DNA of 32,000 nt from Flavobacteriaceae bacterium (GCA_965224465.1 OZ245049.1:3210001-3242000), one strand, 5' to 3'. Positions 7,078-15,865 are shown, counted from the stretch's first letter. The notes: generated from the letters alone by a model not told the origin. Numbers and translations are program-made.

Positions 7078-8721
7078 TTAGATTTCTTCTGATTCTTCTG
7101 TCTCAGTATCTTTTGTGATTACGGTTGGAATTTCTTTTTTTATGTTTTCACCTTTTAAGTAGTTTGGCAATTGCATTCCTGCCATATCAAACATTTCTTG
7201 CAGTGGAGGTACAGATTTGTACATACCAGAAATAAAGTTAGAGGTGGCTGTTTTTCCATCTTTTCCTCCTCCGTTTTCCCAAACAGTAATCTTGTCAATT
7301 TTAATATTTTTGATAGCTTCTGCTTGTGTTTTTACAAGTTCAGGTAATTTGTCAGCAACCAATAATAGTACGGCATCTTTAGGACTGTTTCCAGATGCTT
7401 TTACAATACGGTCAAAACCTTCCGCTTGCTTGGTCAATATTTCAAAGATACCTTTTGCTTCCGCTTCTTTTTTCATAAAGATGGCATCTGCTTCTCCTTT
7501 GGCAATCCTTCTAATTTGTTCTGCCTCAGCCTCTGCGTCAATTTCTACTTTTCGCTTGCTTATTTGTGCAGGTACTATAATATCTGCTCCTTGTTCTGCT
7601 TCTTTTCGTTTTGCTCTAGCTTCTTCTGCTATTTTTTCTGCTGCATAGGCTTCTTCTAATGCTTTGGCTGCCTGAACTTTTTCTGCTGAAATGGCGCGTT
7701 TGTCTGCCTCTGCTTCTCGTTCTCTTCTCAAGGCATCGGATTCGGCAATTTCTATTTTAGAAATATTTTCTCCTTCAATAGCCTTGGCGTTTGCATTGGC
7801 GGTTTTTACACGTTCTCTTTGTTTTGCATCTGCTTCACCAATTTTTGCTAGTGCATCGGCATTGGCTGTTTGTACGCGTTCGTTTTGTTCTGCGTTTGCT
7901 TCTCCAATCACGGCGGTAGCATTCATTGATGCGACTTCTACACGTTCTAATTGATTAGCATCTGCTTCCCCGATTTTTGCTTTGGCTACGGCGTCAGCAA
8001 CTTTAATTCGTTGATCTTGAACGGCTATAGCCTCTCCAATTGCTCCGTCTCTGTTTTTTTGTGATACAGAAATTTTAGCGTCATTTATGGCTTTTGCAGC
8101 GGCTTCTTTTCCTAAAGCTTCTATATAACCAGATTCATCATGAATATCAGTGATATTTACGTTGATCAGTTTGAGCCCTACTTTTTTTAATTCCGCTTCT
8201 ACACTGTTGGTAATATGAGATAAAAACTTATCTCTATCAGAGTTTATTTCTTCAATGTCCATAGAAGCTACGACCAAACGTAATTGACCAAAAATAATTT
8301 CCTGAGCCAAACTTTCAATATCATCATGAACTAAACCAAGTAAACGTTCTGCTGCATTTTGCATCACGCTAGGTTCTGTAGAGATACCAATGGTAAATCT
8401 AGAAGGTACATTTACACGGATGTTTTGCTTGCTTAAAGCATTGGTTAAATTTACTTCAATAGACATAGGTGTTAAGGTCAAAAAGGCGTAGTCTTGTATG
8501 ATAGGCCAAATAAATGCCGCTCCACCATGTACACAACGGGCTGATTTTCCACCGCCAGTTTTTCCGTAGATTACTAATATTTTATCCGAAGGACAACGTT
8601 TGTAACGTCGCATCATCGAGAATAAAAAGACAACAAAAATTAAAATAATTGCACCCACTAAGGAGACTCCTGTAAGTGCGGAGGATTGCAATGGTAACAT
8701 AAGTATATTCATAGTATTCAA
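7078..8721 (-). CDS. Flotillin-family SPFH/band-7 protein (YqiK-like, 547 aa)
   Basis: An N-terminal TM segment is followed by an SPFH domain and then a long Ala/Glu-rich coiled coil with repeated AKIGEADA-type units. Confidence 0.85.
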   Translation of the reverse strand: MNTMNILMLPLQSSALTGVSLVGAIILIFVVFLFSMMRRYKRCPSDKILVIYGKTGGGKSARCVHGGAAFIWPIIQDYAFLTLTPMSIEVNLTNALSKQNIRVNVPSRFTIGISTEPSVMQNAAERLLGLVHDDIESLAQEIIFGQLRLVVASMDIEEINSDRDKFLSHITNSVEAELKKVGLKLINVNITDIHDESGYIEALGKEAAAKAINDAKISVSQKNRDGAIGEAIAVQDQRIKVADAVAKAKIGEADANQLERVEVASMNATAVIGEANAEQNERVQTANADALAKIGEADAKQRERVKTANANAKAIEGENISKIEIAESDALRREREAEADKRAISAEKVQAAKALEEAYAAEKIAEEARAKRKEAEQGADIIVPAQISKRKVEIDAEAEAEQIRRIAKGEADAIFMKKEAEAKGIFEILTKQAEGFDRIVKASGNSPKDAVLLLVADKLPELVKTQAEAIKNIKIDKITVWENGGGKDGKTATSNFISGMYKSVPPLQEMFDMAGMQLPNYLKGENIKKEIPTVITKDTETEESEEI

Positions 8722-9297
8722 TTATAATTTTTTGACTAATAATATTTCGGAACTCACTACTTCCACTACCTTAATTACGGTTCCTGTGGCAAGCTCATCT
8801 TCACTGTCGGTTAATGCTTCTAACTCTCGCAAAGCTCCTTGTACTTTGATGGATATTTTCCCTATTTTAGATCGGTTTGCTCCAATGGGTAAATAAACCT
8901 CTCCAACGGCATCTATAGCGTTATTTATTCTCAAAATTCCGTTTTCTGCCAAGGTACTCATCCAATAAAATAGAGCGGATGTAGCAACCATCATTGCCAA
9001 TCCCGAAGCGGTTGCAATGATTAAGGTGAGCATCGTACTCAGTCCGTTTTCTGCACAAATAATTCCTGTCCAACCGAAAATGGTAAAAAACGCAATGGTG
9101 TTTTTAAAAGTGAAAAATTGAAATCCTACGCCTCCATCATCTGCCTCAAATTCTGCGGCATCTATTTCTACATCCGAGTCCATATCTCCACCTATAAAAG
9201 TAGTGATAAAAATAAGGAGAAATATAAACGAGCCGATCAAAGCGACACTCCAATATGCAATCTCTATCTGACTTAAATTATTGTAAAATTCATTCAT
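8722..9297 (-). CDS. NfeD/YqiJ-like membrane protein partnered with flotillin (191 aa)
   Basis: Has TM helices, an acidic loop and a C-terminal beta-rich (OB-like) tail. Its stop directly abuts the flotillin start with no intergenic gap. This matches the conserved NfeD-SPFH operon arrangement. Confidence 0.7.
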   Translation of the reverse strand: MNEFYNNLSQIEIAYWSVALIGSFIFLLIFITTFIGGDMDSDVEIDAAEFEADDGGVGFQFFTFKNTIAFFTIFGWTGIICAENGLSTMLTLIIATASGLAMMVATSALFYWMSTLAENGILRINNAIDAVGEVYLPIGANRSKIGKISIKVQGALRELEALTDSEDELATGTVIKVVEVVSSEILLVKKL

Positions 9298-9604
9298 GAT
9301 TTTATGTTTTTGGTCTTTGTAAACGAATGGATCAATAGGGTGTTTATTTACAGCATTCTATTGATTAGTAGCGTTACATTTTAATTTGTTACAAAAAAGA
9401 CCTTGTTCTTGACATTTTGAGTACAAGGTAGTCATTATTTATGGAGACATGTTGTTTTTTTTCTTGAATAGGCTTCCATTTCTATGCTATATAAATTCGA
9501 TATTCTTATAATTATTGCTGTTTTGTTGCTGTTTTTATGTAACTTTATTGTTTATTAACTCAAATCTTGTGCATTTTACTGCCTAAGAGAACATTTAGAA
9601 TCCA

Positions 9605-10618
9605 ATGAAAATTAGTTTACATTCTTTTGAATTAGCTTTACAGCATCCTTTTACTATTTCTAGACGGACATTTAATACCCAGTCGTCCTTAGTATTAGAG
9701 TTACAGTATAATGGTTTTTCTGGTTTTGGAGAGGCCACTTCAAATCCTTATTATAATTGTACCGTAGAGACTATGCGTAGTGATTTGGAAGCGGTTCGCG
9801 AGCTCGTGGAAAGGTCTCATTTAGAACTCATACCTTCTGAATTTTGGAAACAAGCCAAAGGGCTGTTAAAAAATAGTATGTTTGCTTTGTGTGCATTGGA
9901 TCAGGCTTATCACGATTTGTATGCAAGGAGTAAGGGTATGAAATTGTACGAATTTTGGGGTTATTCTATTGATAAGAATCCACAGACTGATTTTACAATA
10001 GGTATCGATAGCATTGAAAAGATGTGTTCTAAAATGACAGAAGTTACGTGGCCTATTTATAAAATAAAATTAGGAACAAAGGAGGATATTGCCATTGTTA
10101 AAGCACTTCGAAAACATACAGATGCTGTTTTTAGAATTGATGCCAATTGTGGATGGACTGCGGATGAGACGATTGAAAACGCAAAAATCTTAAAGACCTT
10201 GGGTGTTGAGTTTCTAGAGCAACCGCTTCCTGCAGATGATTGGGAAGGAGCTAAAAAAGTATTTGAGCATTCCGTATTGCCGATTGTAGCCGATGAGAGT
10301 TGTATTGTAGAAACAGATGTTGAAAAGTGCGCTGGGTATTTTCATGGTGTAAACATAAAATTGATGAAGTGTGGAGGGCTCACACCTGCACGTAGGATGT
10401 TAAAAAAAGCAAGGGATTTAGGATTAAAAACTATGGTGGGCTGTATGACGGAATCTACCGTTGGAATATCAGCTATTGCACATTTATTGCCTGAGTTGGA
10501 TTACGTAGATATGGATGGGCCTTTATTATTGGCTCAAGACATTGCGAAAGGAGTGCGAATAGAGAATGGAAACATTATATATGCCGATGGGAATGGGACA
10601 GGAGTAGAATTGTTGTAA
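9605..10618 (+). CDS. Dipeptide epimerase (L-Ala-D/L-Glu epimerase-like, enolase superfamily, 337 aa)
   Basis: Carries the MLE-subgroup signature residues: KIKLG (KxK), RIDAN, LEQP and ADES metal ligands, the NIKLMKCGG second catalytic Lys, and DMDG. Confidence 0.85.
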   Translation: MKISLHSFELALQHPFTISRRTFNTQSSLVLELQYNGFSGFGEATSNPYYNCTVETMRSDLEAVRELVERSHLELIPSEFWKQAKGLLKNSMFALCALDQAYHDLYARSKGMKLYEFWGYSIDKNPQTDFTIGIDSIEKMCSKMTEVTWPIYKIKLGTKEDIAIVKALRKHTDAVFRIDANCGWTADETIENAKILKTLGVEFLEQPLPADDWEGAKKVFEHSVLPIVADESCIVETDVEKCAGYFHGVNIKLMKCGGLTPARRMLKKARDLGLKTMVGCMTESTVGISAIAHLLPELDYVDMDGPLLLAQDIAKGVRIENGNIIYADGNGTGVELL

Positions 10619-10694
10619 ATCAAATGTATCTCAAAATAAAAGTTGAGAGAGTAGATGCACTTATTAAATATAGTGGAAGTATTCTCTGTATGTG

Positions 10695-11366
10695 TTATTC
10701 TACTTTCTCAATCATGTTATTAATGTCTAATTTGTATTTAGGTAAAAAGCCTTTTAGAATTAAAACTACGCCAAAAATCACGAGGATAATTCCCATAGTA
10801 CGCTGTATTTTATGAATCACTTTGGAGGTTAATCGTTTTTTGAGCTGTTTTGCCAATAGTATTTTTCCTAGATCTGTAAGGAAATAACTGAGTAGAATTA
10901 CGCCAAAATAATTAAATATTTTTCCCGAATCCATGTCTAATTCTGGTCCTACAACCAAAATCATTCCTAGCCAAAAAGCCAAGACTCCTATATTGATAAA
11001 GTTGAGTAAAAATCCTTTTAATAGCAATCCAAAATAATTTGATTTCTCAGGGACTTCTACAGCCTTGTTATCGTTGGGTTTTTCCTTTTTAGAAAAATAG
11101 GTAACGAGTCCATAAACAACCAATATAATACCGCCTATAAAGAATAAGCGTGGGTCGTCTTTTATTTTTTCTAGCAGGGTTCTACTTCCGAAATAAGCAA
11201 TTAAAATAAAGGAAATATCACCTAGAACAACGCCTATATCAAATACAATCGCTGCTCGGGCACCTTTGATAATACTCGTTTGAAGTAGGGTGAAAAATAC
11301 AGGGCCAATCATAAACGAAAGGAAAAAACCAATAAAAATAGCATCTTTTAACTCAAGTAAACTCAT
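10695..11366 (-). CDS. LysE-family amino-acid exporter (223 aa)
   Basis: Has six predicted TM segments, the N-terminal FFLSFMIGPVFF motif and a size typical of LysE/RhtB translocators. Confidence 0.8.
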   Translation of the reverse strand: MSLLELKDAIFIGFFLSFMIGPVFFTLLQTSIIKGARAAIVFDIGVVLGDISFILIAYFGSRTLLEKIKDDPRLFFIGGIILVVYGLVTYFSKKEKPNDNKAVEVPEKSNYFGLLLKGFLLNFINIGVLAFWLGMILVVGPELDMDSGKIFNYFGVILLSYFLTDLGKILLAKQLKKRLTSKVIHKIQRTMGIILVIFGVVLILKGFLPKYKLDINNMIEKVE

Positions 11367-11420
11367 AGTATATTTTTGTGATGGTGAAAGTACTGCTTTT
11401 CCACCACATAAGGGATTTAC

Positions 11421-11577
11421 ACCAATAATTACAATCCAAAATGACCGATATAAATGGTTTGTTTTACGTTCTAGCGTTGTTAAAAAATAGAACGATAGCT
11501 ATCCTTAGATTTTTCGCCTAGCTAAAACAAAAAATAATTACATTTCTAAACCTTCACTTGGAAATGTATTTGGTATT
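11421..11577 (-). repeat. A-type MITE-like repeat, copy A5
   Basis: Full-length reverse-complement copy. Its last roughly 60 nt (AGCTAAAACAAAAAATAATTACATTTCTAAACCTTCACTTGGAAATGTATTTGGTATTA) are identical to copy A6. It lies between lysE and the padR-family gene. Confidence 0.85.
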
Positions 11578-11674
11578 AGTGGCTTCTAATCTCTGTTTTG
11601 TACCACGCAACAACGGTTTGTGTGTCTTGGCTAATACATGTAATATACATAATATTATTATGCATAAGAAAATT

Positions 11675-11690
11675 ATGTATATATTTACAA
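11675..11690 (+). promoter_or_regulatory. Candidate PadR operator ATGT-N8-ACAA
   Basis: ATGTatatatttACAA lies 19 nt upstream of the padR-family ATG and overlaps a TATATTTA near -7 box. It is one mismatch from the ATGT-N8-ACAT inverted repeat reported for PadR-family regulators. A second inverted repeat, ATGT-N5-ACAT, is at 11638-11650. Confidence 0.35.
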
Positions 11691-11708
11691 AATAAGAATA
11701 GACGAAAT

Positions 11709-12059
11709 ATGGGGAATCAAAAATTATATAAAGGCTCGTTACAAACAATCATTTTAAAACTATTATCAGAAAATGATAAGATGTACGGCTACGAAATCAC
11801 GCAAAAGGTAAAGGCATTAACCAAAGGTGAATTACAAATTACCGAGGGCGCTTTGTATCCAGCTTTGCATAAGTTGGAAGCCGAAGGGTTATTGGATGCA
11901 GAAGTGGAGAGAGTAGATAATAGGTTGCGAAAATATTACAAACTTACAGAAAGTGGCACCAAGGAAACGGTGAATCGCTTGGTGCAATTAGAGGAGTTTA
12001 TCCAAACCATGCAGCATTTGTTACATCCTAAACTTATACCAACCTACAATCCAAAATAA
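11709..12059 (+). CDS. PadR-family winged-helix transcriptional regulator (116 aa)
   Basis: LKGSLQTIILKLLSENDKMYGYEITQKV...GALYPALHKLEAEGLL...RKYYKLTESG is the canonical PadR fold signature. I chose the start at M38 of the tracked ORF, because the upstream 37 codons are Cys/Ile-rich promoter sequence. The last 7 codons and the stop lie inside repeat A6. Confidence 0.85.
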   Translation: MGNQKLYKGSLQTIILKLLSENDKMYGYEITQKVKALTKGELQITEGALYPALHKLEAEGLLDAEVERVDNRLRKYYKLTESGTKETVNRLVQLEEFIQTMQHLLHPKLIPTYNPK

Positions 12060-12197
12060 CCGATACAAATAGTTTATTTTACGTTTTAGCGTTGTTAAAA
12101 AATAGAACGATTGCTAAGCTATCCTTAGGTTTTTTTGCCAGCTAAAACAAAAAATAATTACATTTCTAAACCTTCACTTGGAAATGTATTTGGTATT
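12036..12197 (-). repeat. A-type MITE-like repeat, copy A6
   Basis: Full-length copy in the same orientation as A5. Its terminus ATACCAACCTACAATCCAAAATAA provides the PadR C-terminus IPTYNPK and the stop. It ends 15 nt before the next ATG (12213). Confidence 0.85.
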
Positions 12198-12212
12198 ACT
12201 TAATTTTTTACT

Positions 12213-12878
12213 ATGAAAAAGATGAAATTCACTAAACAGGAAATAAATGAGGTCTCCAAATATTTGGATAAAAAAGAGCTGTATTATGCGGACTTACGAT
12301 ATGAAATACTGGACCATATACTCTTAGATATTGAACATGAAATAACCGTAGAAAAGGTGTCTTTTGATGAAGCTTTTGAAAATTCTTGTGATAAATGGAA
12401 GGGGAGTTTTTATAGAGAAAGTTCTTATTGGTTAGGTATAATGTATAGAGGTCCAAGAATATTTATTGATCGGTGTGTTAAAATACAAAGACCGTTTTTG
12501 ATGCTGTTTTTTGTTTCATTCTTGTTTTTTGCAATACTTTCTTTTTTGATAAAACCTGTAATGGACTTTGAATTATTGTTTTATTTTACTTTAGGAGTTT
12601 CTCCTATTTATATAAGCTGTGTTTTGTATTGGTGGATAAAAATAAAAATTTCAAGAACAAAAACCTCTTTTAGTTTTTTGTTTTATAGATATATTGTTAT
12701 AAATTTTCTAATGAATTTTATTGTTTTAAATCAGCTTTATGAAACTCAGGCAGGAGAATTAAATTTAGCTGATTTTTACTATTTAATTTTTGGTTTTAAT
12801 GTGCTCTATCATGGTTATTATTTATATAAAAACCATCAGAGGGAAGTGTTGCAATTAAAAAAATATAAGGACTTATGA
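12213..12878 (+). CDS. PadR-associated membrane protein, paralog 1 (221 aa)
   Basis: An N-terminal soluble helical module of about 65 aa (EILDHILLDIEHE...VSFDEAFE) is followed by about 4 TM segments. The N-terminal module is homologous to that of the next ORF. Confidence 0.6.
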   Translation: MKKMKFTKQEINEVSKYLDKKELYYADLRYEILDHILLDIEHEITVEKVSFDEAFENSCDKWKGSFYRESSYWLGIMYRGPRIFIDRCVKIQRPFLMLFFVSFLFFAILSFLIKPVMDFELLFYFTLGVSPIYISCVLYWWIKIKISRTKTSFSFLFYRYIVINFLMNFIVLNQLYETQAGELNLADFYYLIFGFNVLYHGYYLYKNHQREVLQLKKYKDL

Positions 12879-13576
12879 TTCCACAAAAGATAACAGAGAT
12901 AGAACTAGAAGAACTCTACAAATTTACGAGGAAACACTTTGTGGAGCATTATGATGTGCAAACCGAGTTGGTAGACCATTTAGCCAATGATATAGAACAA
13001 CTATGGCAGGAAAAACCATGTTTATCATTTGAGGAAGCGCGGGTTATTTCCTTTAAAAAGTTTGGGGTGTTTGGCTTTCTGGAAGTGGTAGAATCTCAGT
13101 CCAAAGCCATGAGTAGAAAATATTATAAAATTATGTTTTCTATTTTGAAGGATTTTTTTAGACTTCCTCAAATTTTGATTACACTTGCTGTTTTCGGTGT
13201 TGTTTTTGGTGCTTTAACGCGATTTTCTTCGCATCAATCCTATACAATAACAGCGTTATTTTTGTTAGTTATATTGGTAATGATAGTTCGTTTGTTTGAA
13301 TTGCGTAATATAAAGAAAAGAAGACGTAAATCCTCTGGGAAAAAATGGATGTTTGAAGAGATGATTTTGAATACAGGCGGATTTGCTTCATTTTCATACC
13401 TACCGCTTCAATTTATTTCGACTTCTGATGGAAGTCATGGGGTTTACTGGATGGTTTTTATGAGTAGTTTTTTTACGGTTTTTATGATTGTAAATTATAT
13501 AGTTGCCTTTATCATCCCTTCAAAAATGGAAGAATTGTTAGCCGCACAATACCCAGCATATAAAATAAAGTCTTAA
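12875..13576 (+). CDS. PadR-associated membrane protein, paralog 2 (233 aa)
   Basis: Has the same N-terminal module (ELVDHLANDIEQL...LSFEEARV) followed by TM segments. It overlaps the upstream ORF by 4 bp (ATGA), which suggests translational coupling. Confidence 0.6.
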   Translation: MIPQKITEIELEELYKFTRKHFVEHYDVQTELVDHLANDIEQLWQEKPCLSFEEARVISFKKFGVFGFLEVVESQSKAMSRKYYKIMFSILKDFFRLPQILITLAVFGVVFGALTRFSSHQSYTITALFLLVILVMIVRLFELRNIKKRRRKSSGKKWMFEEMILNTGGFASFSYLPLQFISTSDGSHGVYWMVFMSSFFTVFMIVNYIVAFIIPSKMEELLAAQYPAYKIKS

Positions 13577-13635
13577 TTGTGTAACATTTTTATCTTAATG
13601 ATTACTAATATTTTATTAAGTCTAAAATTTATCCA

Positions 13636-15114
13636 ATGATTACACGTTTTTTAAACTTGGAATGGAAGCAGTTTTTCCGTTCGTCTTATTGGCAAAAAAG
13701 CATCGCAATAAATGTGTTGATGGTGTTTTTTGCATTGTATTTTATCGCTATATTTTTTGGACTGGGAATGGCCTTGTTTCCGATGCTTAAAAAGCTGTAT
13801 CCTACTGTAGATCCATTTGTGAAAGTAAATACATTTGTGTTTTATTGGGTATTGGCTGATTTAATGATGCGGTTTTTTCTACAAAAACTTCCCGTACTAA
13901 ATGTGAAGCCATTATTGGTGTTGCCACTTAAAAAGAGCAGTATAGTCCATTTTGTGTTGGGGAAATCGGTGTTTTCGTTTTTTAATCTGCTGCCTTTATT
14001 TGCCATTATGCCCTTTGCGGCAGTTCTTGTTTTTGAGGGGTATGATATGGCAAGTGTTTTTGTTTGGTCTTTGATAATTATGCTGTACGCATTAATTATT
14101 AATTTTGTCAATTTTATGATCGAGAGTAAATCTTCGGAATCGGAGTTTTCGTTTATACCAATGCTGCTTAGTATATCTGGATTGCTTGCATTGAATTATT
14201 TTAATGTTATTTCGTTTTCAGACCTGACAGCTACAAGTGTGAATTATATGGTGATAAATCCTTGGCTAATTTTGATTCCAATGGTGGTATTGATAGTTGT
14301 TTATATATTTAATTTTAAGCTGCTTATTAATAAGTTGTACATAGATGGGGGCTTGAAAAAATCCACGAAGGAAGTTGTTACAAGTGATTTGTCTTGGGTG
14401 CGTAAATTTGGAGACATTGCCCCATTCTTACAGTTGGATTTAAAATTGATATGGCGTAATAAACGTCCACGATCTACGCTTTTGATGTTGGTAATGAGTT
14501 TGTTTTACGGTTTGATTTTTTACCCGAACCCTACTTATCAAGGGATGCCGGCGATGTATGTTTTTGTAGGTATTTTTGTTACGGGTATTTTTATGATTAA
14601 TTTCGGACAGTTTATTCCTGCGTGGGACAGTGGTTATTATAGTATGTTGATGAGTCAAAATATCAAATACAAACAATATTTGAATTCAAAATACAAGTTG
14701 ATGATGGTAAGTGCCGTAGCTCTGTTTGTTCTTAGTATTCCTTATGTCTATTTTGGGTGGGAGGTACTATTGGTTCATTTTGCGGCGATGGTATATAATA
14801 TAGGAGTGAATACACATGTATTGTTGTACGGAGGTTCCTTTAATCGAAAAAAAATAAATTTAAACGAGCGAGCTGCTTTTAATTATCAAGGAACGGGTGC
14901 TGTACAATGGCTGATTGGTTTTCCGTTGATGGCATTGCCTGTCTTATTGTTTTATATTACCTATAAGTTTATCAATTTTGAAGCAGGGATTGCCATTCTT
15001 ATTATGCTTGGGGTTCTAGGTGTTGTTTTTCATCAGAAATTAATGAAGGCAATAGTAAAGCGATATAAAAATAAAAAGTACGAGATGATTGCAGCATTTA
15101 ATCAATCTAATTAA
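13636..15114 (+). CDS. Polytopic membrane protein, probable permease partner of the downstream ABC ATPase (492 aa)
   Basis: Has about 10-12 hydrophobic segments throughout and no soluble domain. An ABC ATPase gene starts 8 nt after its stop. It may belong to a DUF-type Bacteroidota family, which I cannot confirm here. Confidence 0.6.
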   Translation: MITRFLNLEWKQFFRSSYWQKSIAINVLMVFFALYFIAIFFGLGMALFPMLKKLYPTVDPFVKVNTFVFYWVLADLMMRFFLQKLPVLNVKPLLVLPLKKSSIVHFVLGKSVFSFFNLLPLFAIMPFAAVLVFEGYDMASVFVWSLIIMLYALIINFVNFMIESKSSESEFSFIPMLLSISGLLALNYFNVISFSDLTATSVNYMVINPWLILIPMVVLIVVYIFNFKLLINKLYIDGGLKKSTKEVVTSDLSWVRKFGDIAPFLQLDLKLIWRNKRPRSTLLMLVMSLFYGLIFYPNPTYQGMPAMYVFVGIFVTGIFMINFGQFIPAWDSGYYSMLMSQNIKYKQYLNSKYKLMMVSAVALFVLSIPYVYFGWEVLLVHFAAMVYNIGVNTHVLLYGGSFNRKKINLNERAAFNYQGTGAVQWLIGFPLMALPVLLFYITYKFINFEAGIAILIMLGVLGVVFHQKLMKAIVKRYKNKKYEMIAAFNQSN

Positions 15115-15122
15115 AAAAATAT

Positions 15123-15818
15123 ATGATACACGTAAAAAACATATCAAAAGTATACGGTGCAAATACTGTATTAAATATAAAAAACTTAGAGATTCCAAAA
15201 GGACAATGTATTGGACTTGTTGGAAATAATGGTGCAGGTAAAACTACGTTTTTTAATTTATTATTGGATTTAATAAAGGCGAGTACGGGAAAGATTATTA
15301 CACAAGAAATTCAGGTGGATACGAATGAAGATTGGAAAACATTTACAGGGTCGTTTATAGACGAAACCTTTTTAATTGGGTATTTGATTCCAGAAGAATA
15401 TTTTTACTTTGTAGGTGAGTTGAGAGGGATGAATAAAGCGGATATAGATGCTTTTTTGATTCAGTTTCACGATATTTTTAATAACGAAATCTTAGGAACA
15501 AAAAAATATTTACGTGATTTGTCTAAGGGGAATCAGAAAAAAGTGGGGATTATAGCCGCTTTGATTGGGAGTCCAGAAGTAATTGTATTGGACGAGCCCT
15601 TTGCCAATATAGATCCTACAACTCAGATTAGGTTAAAAAAAATGCTCAAGAGTTTTGTCGAAAATCAAGAAGTGACCTTGTTAATTTCTAGTCACGATCT
15701 AGGACATATAACAGAGGTATGTGATAGAATTGTAGTGTTAGAGAAAGGATGTATTGTAAAGGATTTAGCGACTTCCACAGAGACATTACAAGAGTTAGAA
15801 ACGTATTTTACGGTATAG
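15123..15818 (+). CDS. ABC transporter ATP-binding protein (231 aa)
   Basis: Walker A GNNGAGKTT, degenerate signature LSKGNQKK, Walker B VIVLDEP and H-loop SSHD. Confidence 0.9.
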   Translation: MIHVKNISKVYGANTVLNIKNLEIPKGQCIGLVGNNGAGKTTFFNLLLDLIKASTGKIITQEIQVDTNEDWKTFTGSFIDETFLIGYLIPEEYFYFVGELRGMNKADIDAFLIQFHDIFNNEILGTKKYLRDLSKGNQKKVGIIAALIGSPEVIVLDEPFANIDPTTQIRLKKMLKSFVENQEVTLLISSHDLGHITEVCDRIVVLEKGCIVKDLATSTETLQELETYFTV

Positions 15819-15837
15819 GTCCAAATATATTTAGTGT

Positions 15838-15865
15838 AAAACGCACCTATATACTGCGTTTTTTT
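15838..15865 (+). terminator. Intrinsic terminator of the PadR/ABC operon
   Basis: AAAACGCA-cctatatac-TGCGTTTT followed by a T-run, beginning 20 nt after the ATPase stop. Confidence 0.7.

Noticed and set aside
7217-7954. Long plus-strand ORFs (143, 77 and 87 aa) antisense to the flotillin gene
   Set aside because: They are Ala/Ser/Phe-rich low-complexity translations that arise from reading the GCN/GAR-rich coiled-coil repeats in reverse. The minus-strand flotillin frame has clear family motifs.
10624-10815. 63-aa plus-strand ORF after the epimerase gene
   Set aside because: It mostly overlaps the 3' end of the LysE-family gene on the opposite strand and has no motifs.
11290-11748. ORFs 11290-11490 (+) and 11554-11748 (-), and the N-terminal 37 codons of the 11598 ORF
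   Set aside because: They run through the lysE 5' end, MITE copy A5 and the padR promoter/operator region. The sequences are Cys/Ile/Tyr-rich, and the PadR fold begins at the internal ATG at 11709.
12232-12456. 74-aa minus-strand ORF
   Set aside because: It is antisense to the first PadR-associated membrane protein gene and has no support.
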